This document shows, in pieces, positions 8,793 through 16,977 of a stretch of DNA of 64,000 bases. Under the pieces are notes generated by a model that was not told where the DNA came from, did not search any database, and worked only from the letters and a program-made list of their open reading frames with translations. The DNA is from Candidatus Eiseniibacteriota bacterium. Lineage in GTDB: Bacteria > Desulfobacterota > Binatia > DP-6. Where the stretch lies: contig DATJZY010000107.1 of assembly GCA_035577985.1 (NCBI GenBank), forward strand, positions 43,475 to 107,474. Direction: 5' to 3'. Made by a program: the position numbers and the translations under genes. The stretch's first letter is position 1. Each line of letters opens with the position of its first letter.

Positions 8793-10570
8793 GCGCGCGA
8801 TACGTCGTCGGCATCGACCTCGGGACGACGAACTCGGTCGTCGCGTACGTCGACACGAGCGCCCTCGCACCGGACGCCGAGGCGCACGCGGCGGCGGTGC
8901 TCCCGATCCCGCAGGTCGTGAAGGCGGGCCTCGTCGAGGCGCACGACCGGCTGCCGTCCTTCCTCTATCTGCCCGCGGCAGGCGAGCTGCCGAAGGGCAG
9001 CCTGGCGCTCCCGTGGGGCGAAGCCGACCTGGCGGTGGGCGCGCTCGCGCGCTCGCGCGGCGCCGAGGTGCCCGGGCGCGTCGTGTCGTCGGCGAAGTCG
9101 TGGCTCTGCTCGGTCGGCGTCGATCCGCGCGGTCCGATCCTGCCGTGGAACGCGCCGGCGGACGTCGCGAAGGTTTCGGCCGTCGACGCGCAGGCGGCCT
9201 ACCTCGCGCATCTGCGCGCGGCGTGGGATGCCGCGATGCCGGCGCCGCTCGCGAAGCAGGAGCTCTATCTCGCCGTGCCGGCGTCGTTCGACGCCGCGGC
9301 GCGCGAGCTCACCGTCCGCGCGGCGACGCAGGCCGGCCTTCCGACCGTGCACCTCGTCGAGGAGCCGCAGGCGGCGTTCTACGCCTGGCTCGCCGCCACG
9401 CGCGGCGGCTGGCGCACGGAGGTGCACGTTGGCGACGTGATCCTCGTCTGCGACGTCGGCGGCGGAACGACCGATCTCACGCTCGTCGCGGTCGGCGACG
9501 AGAGCGGATCGCTCGGCCTCGAGCGCAAGGCGGTCGGCGACCACATCCTGCTCGGCGGCGACAACATGGACCTCGCGCTCGCACACGCGGTGTGCGAGCG
9601 TCTCGCGGCGCAGGGGACGTCGCTCGACGAGTGGCAGCTCCGCGGCCTCGTGCACGCCTGCCGGGAGGCGAAGGAGAAGCTCCTCGCCGATCCGACACGC
9701 GACAAGGAGCCGGTCGTCGTGCTCGGGCGCTCGCGCAAGGTGATCGGCGGTGCCGTGCGCACCGACCTCGGCCGCGTCGAGGTCGAAGCGACGCTCATCG
9801 ACGGGTTCTTCCCGAAGGTGGGTCCCGAGGCGCGGCCGCACGCGACACGGCGCGTGGGCCTCCAGGAGATCGGCCTGCCGTACGCGAGCGACGCGGCGAT
9901 CACGCGGCACATCGCGGCGTTCGTCGCGCGCCACCACGACGTCGCGCCGGAGGGAGTCTCCGCCGTGCTGTTCAACGGCGGCGTCATGCACGCGCCGCGC
10001 TTCCGCGAGCGGCTCGCGTCGGTCCTGCGCTCGTGGCGCGGCGGCGACGTCCGCGTGCTCGCCGGCGCGCATCCCGACCTCGCGGTCGCCGAGGGCGCAG
10101 CGGCCTACGGCCTCGCACGGCGCGGCCGCGGCGTGCGCATCCGCGGCGGCACTGCGCGCGCGTACTACGTCGGCATCGAGGTGGCGGCGCCGGCGGTGCC
10201 GGGCATGGCGGCGCCCGTGAAGGCGCTCTGCGTGGCGCCGTTCGGCATGGAGGAAGGCACCGAGATCGCGGTGCCGGACGCGGAGTTCGGGCTCGTCGTC
10301 GGTGAGCCGGCTGAGTTCCGGTTCTTCGGCTCCTCGGTCCGCCGCGACGACGTCGCCGGGACCATCGTCGAGCGCTGGCAGCCCGGCGAGCTGGAAGAGC
10401 TGGCGCCGATCGAGGCCGCGCTCACGGCGAAGGATCAGGACGGGCGCACGGTGCCGGTGCACCTGCGGGCACACGCGACCGGGATCGGCACCCTCGAGCT
10501 CTACTGCGTCGCCCGCGACGGCAAGGGGCGCTGGAAGCTCGAGCTCAACGTGCGGCAGGCCGCGCCCTGA
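8789..10570 (+). CDS. Non-canonical Hsp70-family ATPase (DnaK paralog, NBD-like), copy A
   Basis: The track ORF is 8276..10570. The call is a 593 aa protein starting at the GTG at 8789. It has the Hsp70 phosphate-1 motif GIDLGTTNS, the phosphate-2 motif VCDVGGGTTD and the connect motif EEPQAAFYAW. A canonical substrate-binding domain is not evident. Its stop overlaps the ATG of copy B. Confidence 0.85.
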   Translation: MSARYVVGIDLGTTNSVVAYVDTSALAPDAEAHAAAVLPIPQVVKAGLVEAHDRLPSFLYLPAAGELPKGSLALPWGEADLAVGALARSRGAEVPGRVVSSAKSWLCSVGVDPRGPILPWNAPADVAKVSAVDAQAAYLAHLRAAWDAAMPAPLAKQELYLAVPASFDAAARELTVRAATQAGLPTVHLVEEPQAAFYAWLAATRGGWRTEVHVGDVILVCDVGGGTTDLTLVAVGDESGSLGLERKAVGDHILLGGDNMDLALAHAVCERLAAQGTSLDEWQLRGLVHACREAKEKLLADPTRDKEPVVVLGRSRKVIGGAVRTDLGRVEVEATLIDGFFPKVGPEARPHATRRVGLQEIGLPYASDAAITRHIAAFVARHHDVAPEGVSAVLFNGGVMHAPRFRERLASVLRSWRGGDVRVLAGAHPDLAVAEGAAAYGLARRGRGVRIRGGTARAYYVGIEVAAPAVPGMAAPVKALCVAPFGMEEGTEIAVPDAEFGLVVGEPAEFRFFGSSVRRDDVAGTIVERWQPGELEELAPIEAALTAKDQDGRTVPVHLRAHATGIGTLELYCVARDGKGRWKLELNVRQAAP

Positions 10571-13290
10571 TGGCGGCGCGCTACCTCGTCGGCATCGACC
10601 TCGGCACGACCAACACCGCCTGCGCGTACGTCGACACGCAGGCGGGTCGTACGATCCGGGTCTTCCCGGTGCCGCAGCTGGTGGCGCCCGGGAAGGTCGA
10701 CGCGCGCGAGACGCTGCCGTCGTTCTGCTACCTCGCCGGCGCGCACGATCTGCCGCCGGGGAGTCTCGATCTGCCGTGGGCGGCGGGACGCAGCTACTGC
10801 GTCGGCGTGCTCGCCCGCGACCAGGGCGCGCGTGTGTCGGGCCGGCTCGTGGGCTCGGCCAAGTCCTGGCTCTGTCACGGCGGCGTCGATCGCACCGCGG
10901 CGATCCTGCCGTGGGGCGCCGCCGACGACGTGCCGAAGCTGTCGCCCGTCGAAGCGTCGGCGCGCACGCTCAGGCACCTCCGCGAGGCGTGGGACGCGCG
11001 CTTTCCCGAGCCGCTCGCGGAGCAGGACATCGTGCTCACCGTGCCGGCGTCGTTCGACGAGGTCGCGCGCGAGCTGACCCTCGAGGCCGCGGCCGCGGCC
11101 GGCATCCCGCGCCTCGTGCTGCTCGAGGAGCCGCAGGCGGCGTTCTACGCCTGGCTGGTCGCGCACGAGCGCGACTGGAAGGCGCGCATCGCCGCGACGC
11201 CGCTCGTGCTGGTCGTCGACGTGGGCGGCGGCACGACCGACTTCTCGCTCGTCGCCGCGCGCGGCAGCCGTGGCGAGCTCGGGCTCGAGCGCGTCGCGGT
11301 GGGCGAGCACCTGCTGCTCGGCGGCGACAACATGGACCTGGCGCTGGCGCGGACGGCCGAAGCGCGCCTCGTCCCCGGCGGGCAGCTCGACCCGCCGCGC
11401 TTCCATCTCCTCGTGAGCCAGTGCCGGGCGGCCAAGGAGGCCATGCTCTCGAACGATGCGGTCCGCGACGTGCGCGTCACGGTCGCCGGGCGCGGCAGCG
11501 GCGTCGTCGGCGGCACACTCGCGACCTCGGTCACGCGCGACGAGCTCGACCGCCTGGTGCTCGACGGGTTCTTTCCGCGCGTCGACGCCGACGCGCGGCC
11601 GCAGCGCGGCGCGAGCGGGCTTCGCGAGTGGGGGTTGCCGTTCGCCGCCGACGCCGCGATCACGCGTCACCTGGCGGAGTTCCTGGCCCGCCAGCGCGAC
11701 GCCGCCGGAGAAGGCGCGCATGCGCTCGTCCGGCCCGACGCGCTCCTCTTCAACGGCGGCGCGCTCGAGCCCGCCGCCGTGCGCGAGCGCATCGCCGCCA
11801 TCGTCGGTGCGTGGCACGAGCCCGGCGGCGACTGGCGCCCGGCGGTGCTCGATGCCGACTCGCTCCAGCTCGCCGTCGCGCGGGGCGCGGCGTACTACGG
11901 CCTGGTCCGGCGCGGACAAGGCGTGCGCATCGGCAGCGGCGCGGCGCGCACGTACTATCTGGGCCTCCAGGACGAGCAGCTCCTCTGCGTCGTGCCACGC
12001 GGCATGGAAGAGGGCGAGACGGCCGACCTCTCGGGTCGCGAGCTCGAGCTCACGACGAACCGTCCCGTCGCCTTCCCGCTCTTCACCGCGACCGATCGCA
12101 CGGGGGAGCACGCCGGCGACCTCGTCGACGCGCGCCCCGACGCGCTGACCGCGCTGCCGCCGCTGCGCACCGTCGTCCGCTTCGGGAAGAAGCTCGAGGA
12201 GCGATCGCTGCCGGTGCACGTGGAGGTTCGCCTCTCCGAGATCGGCACGCTCGAGCTCTCGCTCAAGTCGCGCTCGACCGAGCATCGCTGGCGGCTCGAG
12301 CTGCGGCTGCGCGATACGGTCGCGGACGAGGCCGTACCCGCCGAGCAGGCCGCGATCGTCGTCGATCCGGCGCGGGTCGCCGAAGCCGAACGCCTGCTCC
12401 GCGAGACCTTCGAAGGTGCCGACGATCCCGTCTCGCTGATGCGCCGGCTCGAGACCGCGCTCGACGCCGGCCGCGACGCCTGGCCGCTCGCTACGATCCG
12501 CGCGTCGTGGGACGTCCTGTGGACCCTCGAGCCGCGCCGCGCGCGGAGCCCGGCGCACGAGGCGCGGTGGCTGAACCTGGCGGGGTTCCTCCTCCGCCCC
12601 GGCTTCGGCGATCCCGGCGACGAGATCCGCATCGACAAGCTCTGGCGCGTGCTCGGCACCGAGCTGCGCCACCCGCGCTCCGTGCAGTGCCGCGCCGAGA
12701 TGTGGAACCTCTGGAAGCGCGTCGCGGGCGGGCTCGGCGCGCGCCAGCAGCAGCACGTGCTCGAGCTCGTGCGGCCGCAGCTCACGGGACGCGGCAGGAC
12801 GAAGGGCCCCAAGGCCGCGCCGCAGGAGCTGCGCGAGATGTGGCAGGCGGTCGGCGGGTGCGAGCGGCTGGCGGCGTCGGCGCGCGCCGAGCTGGCGCTG
12901 GTGCTCGCGCAGACGGTCGCGAAGGGCAAGGCGACCGACCAGGAGGCGTGGGCGCTCGCGCGCGTCGCTGCGCGCGCGCCGATCGCAGGCCCGGCGAACT
13001 GCGTCGTGCCGCCTCGCGCGGCGGCGGACGTGGTCGAGCAGCTGCTCGGCGCGGCCTGGACGCGCCCCGACGCCACGGCGTTCGCGCTGGCCCAGGTCGC
13101 ACGCATGACGGGCGATCGCGAGCGGGACCTCGATGCCGCGCTGCGCGATCGCGTCGCGCTCCGTCTCGAGCGCGAGCCCGACGGCGCACGGCTCGCGCGG
13201 CTCGTGCGCGAAGTCGTGCCGCTCGAGGCGCGCGAGGAGGCGCGGCTCCTCGACGAGTCGCTGCCCGCCGGATTACGTCTACGGGGCTGA
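10570..13290 (+). CDS. Non-canonical Hsp70-family ATPase, copy B, with ~400 aa helical C-terminal extension
   Basis: The 906 aa ORF has the motifs GIDLGTTNTACAYV, VVDVGGGTTD and EEPQAAFYAW, and is clearly paralogous to copy A. The C-terminal ~400 aa (from about ETFEGADDPVSLMRRLETALD onward) belongs to no family I recognise. Confidence 0.85.
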   Translation: MAARYLVGIDLGTTNTACAYVDTQAGRTIRVFPVPQLVAPGKVDARETLPSFCYLAGAHDLPPGSLDLPWAAGRSYCVGVLARDQGARVSGRLVGSAKSWLCHGGVDRTAAILPWGAADDVPKLSPVEASARTLRHLREAWDARFPEPLAEQDIVLTVPASFDEVARELTLEAAAAAGIPRLVLLEEPQAAFYAWLVAHERDWKARIAATPLVLVVDVGGGTTDFSLVAARGSRGELGLERVAVGEHLLLGGDNMDLALARTAEARLVPGGQLDPPRFHLLVSQCRAAKEAMLSNDAVRDVRVTVAGRGSGVVGGTLATSVTRDELDRLVLDGFFPRVDADARPQRGASGLREWGLPFAADAAITRHLAEFLARQRDAAGEGAHALVRPDALLFNGGALEPAAVRERIAAIVGAWHEPGGDWRPAVLDADSLQLAVARGAAYYGLVRRGQGVRIGSGAARTYYLGLQDEQLLCVVPRGMEEGETADLSGRELELTTNRPVAFPLFTATDRTGEHAGDLVDARPDALTALPPLRTVVRFGKKLEERSLPVHVEVRLSEIGTLELSLKSRSTEHRWRLELRLRDTVADEAVPAEQAAIVVDPARVAEAERLLRETFEGADDPVSLMRRLETALDAGRDAWPLATIRASWDVLWTLEPRRARSPAHEARWLNLAGFLLRPGFGDPGDEIRIDKLWRVLGTELRHPRSVQCRAEMWNLWKRVAGGLGARQQQHVLELVRPQLTGRGRTKGPKAAPQELREMWQAVGGCERLAASARAELALVLAQTVAKGKATDQEAWALARVAARAPIAGPANCVVPPRAAADVVEQLLGAAWTRPDATAFALAQVARMTGDRERDLDAALRDRVALRLEREPDGARLARLVREVVPLEAREEARLLDESLPAGLRLRG

Positions 13291-13297
13291 GGGCCCC

Positions 13298-13630
13298 ATG
13301 GACGCGCCTCGCCCGTACACGATCGACCCGGGCACGATGCGCCCGGGGCTCATCCGCCGCCTGACGGCGCTCTCGATCATTCCGGCCAACGTCATGGGCG
13401 CGGTCACGATGTTCTTCTACTACAACTACGTCGATCCCCTCGGCGGCGGGAGCGCGCCCGACGCCCTGCACGCGACGCTCGATCACCGAGTCGACGCGGC
13501 GCGCGCTCGACCGGGGCCGGAAAGTGAATCTGGTCGCGTGCGGCGCATTGCCCTTGAAGGGGATCGCGGCGCCCGTCGAGGTGTCGGCGGTCGAGGCGTG
13601 ACGCCGCACCGCGCCGTGTTTTCCTGTTGA
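13298..13630 (+). CDS. Possible small TM protein or gene remnant downstream of the Hsp70 pair
   Basis: An ATG lies 8 bp after the Hsp70-B stop. The first ~50 aa look like protein and include a TM helix (LTALSIIPANVMGAVTMFFYYNYV). The rest is R/G-rich low complexity, typical of out-of-frame high-GC sequence. The +1 frame ends ...NLVACGALPLKGIAAPVEVSAVEA*, which faintly resembles the C-terminal motif of a class III nucleotidyl cyclase. This is very uncertain. Confidence 0.25.
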   Translation: MDAPRPYTIDPGTMRPGLIRRLTALSIIPANVMGAVTMFFYYNYVDPLGGGSAPDALHATLDHRVDAARARPGPESESGRVRRIALEGDRGARRGVGGRGVTPHRAVFSC

Positions 13631-13663
13631 CGGGCGGCGACGCGCGGTGGGATCGTGCCGGTC

Positions 13664-14518
13664 ATGTCACGCACGACGATCGCGCTGGCATCCCTGCTCG
13701 TGGCCTCGCTCGCGAGGGCCAGCGGCAGGTGCAACGAGGGACAGCTCGCCGGCGGGCTGCAGTGCGGGTGCCCCGACGTACGTGCCCAGATCCAGGCGGG
13801 CCTCGTCTCGTGCCCGTCGGGCTACGTTCCCGTCGTCTACGATCTCGGGCAACCGTTCGCGCCCGACGCGACGACGAGCACGCTCACGATGCGCGCCAGC
13901 GTGCGGTCGCAGTGCCCGACTCTCGAGCGCACGGTCGGCGTGACGGGTCATCTCGTCGTCTGCTGGGGACCGCCGGAAGGGGATTGCCGGCAGATGGTGG
14001 TGCCGTACAACTCGTTCTGCATCGACACCGAAGACACGACGCTCGGCGCCGCGTGCAACGGAGCGTGTCAGGACGTGTCGACCAGCATCATCGCGATCAT
14101 GAACGCGGGCGCGGCGCACTTCCGGGTGTGCCCGCCGAACGACCCGGCGACGTCGTGCCGGTCGACCTCGCCCGGCGGCGTGGAGATCTTCCGCTTCCAG
14201 CCCGGCGGCTTCTGCGTCACGGAGGAGTGCGACGGCGCGGCGCCGGGTCCCGACACGTGCGTCGGCGGGTGGGGCGCGACCTACCTCGGCTTCGGCCGGC
14301 ACCAGACGCAGCGAGGGTGGTACGACTGGCCGTCGGGAGCGTTCAAGGTCGACTACCGCGGCCACCGGCCGGTGTGCGGCGCGCTCGGCGCGTGCATCGG
14401 GGACCGCGGGCACTGGACGGGCACCTTCGTCGCCACGCCGTCGCCGACCTCGCCCAACCTGCCGCCGTGCCTCAGCGCCGCCGGCGACGTCTGCAATCCC
14501 ACCGCCTGTACGCCGTGA
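13664..14518 (+). CDS. Secreted cysteine-rich hypothetical protein
   Basis: The track ORF is 13655..14518. The call begins at the ATG at 13664 with a signal peptide (MSRTTIALASLLVASLARASG). The ~284 aa protein contains more than 20 Cys and belongs to no family I recognise. Confidence 0.55.
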   Translation: MSRTTIALASLLVASLARASGRCNEGQLAGGLQCGCPDVRAQIQAGLVSCPSGYVPVVYDLGQPFAPDATTSTLTMRASVRSQCPTLERTVGVTGHLVVCWGPPEGDCRQMVVPYNSFCIDTEDTTLGAACNGACQDVSTSIIAIMNAGAAHFRVCPPNDPATSCRSTSPGGVEIFRFQPGGFCVTEECDGAAPGPDTCVGGWGATYLGFGRHQTQRGWYDWPSGAFKVDYRGHRPVCGALGACIGDRGHWTGTFVATPSPTSPNLPPCLSAAGDVCNPTACTP

Positions 14519-14581
14519 CGCGCGCGCCGGCGGACGGCGACGTTGCGCCGACCGGCCGGTGCCGGCATCCTTGGGAATTCG

Positions 14582-16234
14582 ATGCTGTCCCTGGCGGGAG
14601 TGAGCAAGCGCTACGGGTCACAGATCGTCTTCGACAACGTGTCGTGGGCGGTCCCGGACGGCGCACGCGTGGGCCTGACGGGCCCGAACGGCGCCGGCAA
14701 ATCGACGCTGCTGAAGATCCTCGCCGGCGCCCTCGAGCCCGACGACGGCCAGGTCGCGCTGCCGAAGGGGACGCGCGTCGGCTACCTGCCGCAGCACATC
14801 CTCGGCATCTCGGGCGTCTCGGTCCTCGACCACGCGCTGGCGGCGTTCGCCGAGCTGCACGAGCTGGAGGCGCGGCGCGCCGACCTCGAGCACCAGCTCG
14901 CCACCGTCGATCCGCAGGCGGAAGACTACGAAGCGATCCTCGCGCGCTACACGGCCATCTGCGAGGAGTGGGAGCACCGCGGTCGCTACGACATCGAGTC
15001 CGAGACCGAGACCGTGCTGCGCGGCCTCGGCTTCGGCGACGCCGACATGGACCGCGACTGCGGGGAGCTCTCGGGCGGGTGGCAGATGCGGGTCGCGCTC
15101 GCGCAGATCCTGCTCCAGCGCCCCGACGTGCTCCTGCTCGACGAGCCGACCAACTACCTCGATCTCGAGGCGCGCAACTGGCTCGAGGAGTTCCTCGCGG
15201 CCTATCCCGGCACCGTCATCCTGGTCGCGCACGATCGCTACTTCCTCGACGTCGCCGTCGACCGCATCGCCGAGGTACTGCACGGGCGCATCACCGACTA
15301 CGGCATGAACTACAGCCGCTACCTCGAGGAGCGCGAGACCCGCCTCGAGCTCGCGCGCGCGGCCTACGAGAACCAGAAGGCCGAGATCGAGCGCATCGAG
15401 GCGTTCATCTCGCGCTTCCGCTACCAGGCGTCGAAGGCGGCGCTCGTCCAGAGCCGCATCAAGCAGCTCGAGAAGATCGAGCGCCTCCCGCCGCCCGACG
15501 GGCACGAGCGCGAGCTGCGCCTGCGGCTGCCCGAGGCGCAGCGCAGCGGCCGCGTCGTGCTCGAGCTCCGGGGCGCGAGCAAGCGCTACGACGGGAAGAT
15601 CGTCTACGACCACGCCGACGTGACGATCGAGCGCGGCCAGCGCGTCGCGATCGTCGGACCCAACGGCGCCGGCAAGACGACACTCCTCAAGATGCTCGCC
15701 GCGGTCCTGGCGCTCGACGGCGGCGAGCGCAAGGTGGGACACAACGTCCGCCTCGGCTACTTCGCGCAGGACCACGCGGAGATGCTGTCGACGACGCGGT
15801 CGGTCTACGACGAGATGATGAGCATCGCGACCGCCGAGACGGCGCCGCACGTGCGCGGGCTCCTCGGCGCCTTCCTGTTTTCGGGCGACGCGGTCGAGAA
15901 GCGTGTCGGCGTCCTGTCGGGCGGCGAGAAGAGCCGCCTCGCCCTCGCCAAGCTCCTGCTCGAGCCCGTGAACTGCTTCCTGCTCGACGAGCCGACGAAC
16001 CACCTGGACCTCACGGCGAAGGAGGTCCTGCTGGGTGCGCTCGAGGCGTACACCGGCACGGTCGTGATCGTGGCGCACGACCGCTACATCCTGGACAAGC
16101 TGCCGACGCACGTGATCGAGGTCGGCACCGGCAAGGCGATCCTCTACCACGGCAACTACGAGGACTACCTGCACGCCAAGGCACGCGCCGCGCTCCAGCC
16201 TCCGGCCCCCAAGGGCCGCGCCGCCAGAACCTGA
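14582..16234 (+). CDS. ABC-F family ATPase (EttA/Uup-like translation factor, two ABC domains)
   Basis: There are two Walker A motifs (GPNGAGKST, GPNGAGKTT), two LSGG signatures (LSGGWQ, LSGGEK) and a linker between the two ABC domains. No transmembrane domain is present. The start is the ATG at 14582 (MLSLAGVSKRY). Confidence 0.9.
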   Translation: MLSLAGVSKRYGSQIVFDNVSWAVPDGARVGLTGPNGAGKSTLLKILAGALEPDDGQVALPKGTRVGYLPQHILGISGVSVLDHALAAFAELHELEARRADLEHQLATVDPQAEDYEAILARYTAICEEWEHRGRYDIESETETVLRGLGFGDADMDRDCGELSGGWQMRVALAQILLQRPDVLLLDEPTNYLDLEARNWLEEFLAAYPGTVILVAHDRYFLDVAVDRIAEVLHGRITDYGMNYSRYLEERETRLELARAAYENQKAEIERIEAFISRFRYQASKAALVQSRIKQLEKIERLPPPDGHERELRLRLPEAQRSGRVVLELRGASKRYDGKIVYDHADVTIERGQRVAIVGPNGAGKTTLLKMLAAVLALDGGERKVGHNVRLGYFAQDHAEMLSTTRSVYDEMMSIATAETAPHVRGLLGAFLFSGDAVEKRVGVLSGGEKSRLALAKLLLEPVNCFLLDEPTNHLDLTAKEVLLGALEAYTGTVVIVAHDRYILDKLPTHVIEVGTGKAILYHGNYEDYLHAKARAALQPPAPKGRAART

Positions 16235-16235
16235 G

Positions 16236-16510
16236 GTCTTCTCCGACCCAAGACTGCGTCTTGGGTCGGGAGAACCGAGAGTGTGGCGTCAGAGGCACGC
16301 ACAACCTGCATGCCGCGGCCGGCGAAGCCGGCGCGGCAACGCTAGCACGCACGAGAGAATTGGTGCGGACAGGACGTGTTGCGTCGTCGTGCTTCAACGC
16401 TGCGCGCGTACCTCGCCCTGCCGCGCCGGCTTCGCCGGCCGCGGCATACCGGTCGCGCGTGCCACCAACGCTGCACTCTCGCCCCCGACCCAAGACCTAG
16501 TCTTGGGTCG
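16236..16510. repeat. ~275-bp nested imperfect palindrome (MITE/REP-like) bounded by two hairpins with identical 12-bp stems
   Basis: Hairpin 1 (~16243-16269) is ccgacccaagac-tgc-gtcttgggtcgg and hairpin 2 (~16484-16510) is ccgacccaagac-cta-gtcttgggtcgg. An inner inverted repeat pairs catgccgcggccggcgaagccggcgcggca (~16308-16337) with tgccgcgccggcttcgccggccgcggcat (~16421-16449). The flanks gagagtg...ggcacgc...atgccgcgg are also mirrored. The element sits between the convergent ABC-F gene and the small basic-protein gene. No U-tract follows either hairpin. Confidence 0.6.
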
Positions 16511-16517
16511 GCGTTCT

Positions 16518-16871
16518 CTAGCGCCGTCCGCGGCCGACGCCGCGCGGCGTCTGCTGGCCGCCCGGCGGCGGCACGGGCTTCACCGAGACCCGGTGGTTCG
16601 GCATCGGGCGGAAGAGCATGGTGTCGGCGACCCGCTTCAGCTTGAGCTTCAGCTCGTGCTTGGAGACCGCGTCGCCCGGCGCCGCGAGCACGGTCTGCAG
16701 CGACAGCTCGGTGTGCGAATGCTTCTGGCCGTGCGTCAGCGTCACGTGGAGGCGCTCCTGGCCGGGGATGTCGCGCACCTCGACGTCGAGCCGCCGATCG
16801 ATCGACCGAGCGAGGTCGAGGAGGATCTTTCGGGCTTCCTGGCGGGCTTCGGCGAGATCGTGCGATTCCAT
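16518..16871 (-). CDS. Small basic hypothetical protein (117 aa) with RGG/Pro-rich C-terminal tail
   Basis: The track ORF is 16518..16952. The call starts at the internal ATG at rc 16869-16871 (MESHDLAEARQEARKILLDLARS...), which has a GGAGG SD 8 nt upstream. A near-consensus promoter lies upstream, with TTGACA, a 17-nt spacer and TCTAAC. The C-terminus is KPVPPPGGQQTPRGVGRGRR. I rejected HPF/RaiA as too weak a match. Confidence 0.55.
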   Translation of the reverse strand: MESHDLAEARQEARKILLDLARSIDRRLDVEVRDIPGQERLHVTLTHGQKHSHTELSLQTVLAAPGDAVSKHELKLKLKRVADTMLFRPMPNHRVSVKPVPPPGGQQTPRGVGRGRR

Positions 16872-16892
16872 GGGGGCAGGCCTCCACCGGCG

Positions 16893-16921
16893 GTTAGACC
16901 GGAGGGTTCCCGGGCTGTCAA
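16893..16921 (-). promoter_or_regulatory. Sigma-70-type promoter candidate for the small basic protein gene
   Basis: On the minus strand there is TTGACA (rc of + ~16916-16921), a 17-nt spacer and TCTAAC (rc of + ~16893-16898). The SD GGAGG and the ATG follow about 20 nt downstream. Confidence 0.5.
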
Positions 16922-16977
16922 CGAGGGGCGCGTCGGCCGTGGCGCGTTTCACCGGGAAGCGACCCGCGCCTCTTCGC

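Noticed and set aside
16518-16871. Ribosome hibernation factor (HPF/RaiA) identity for the small basic protein
   Set aside because: It shares only a vague charge pattern with HPF. The conserved N-terminal beta-strand (M.I.ITG...) is missing and I recognised no motif-level match. It is left as hypothetical.
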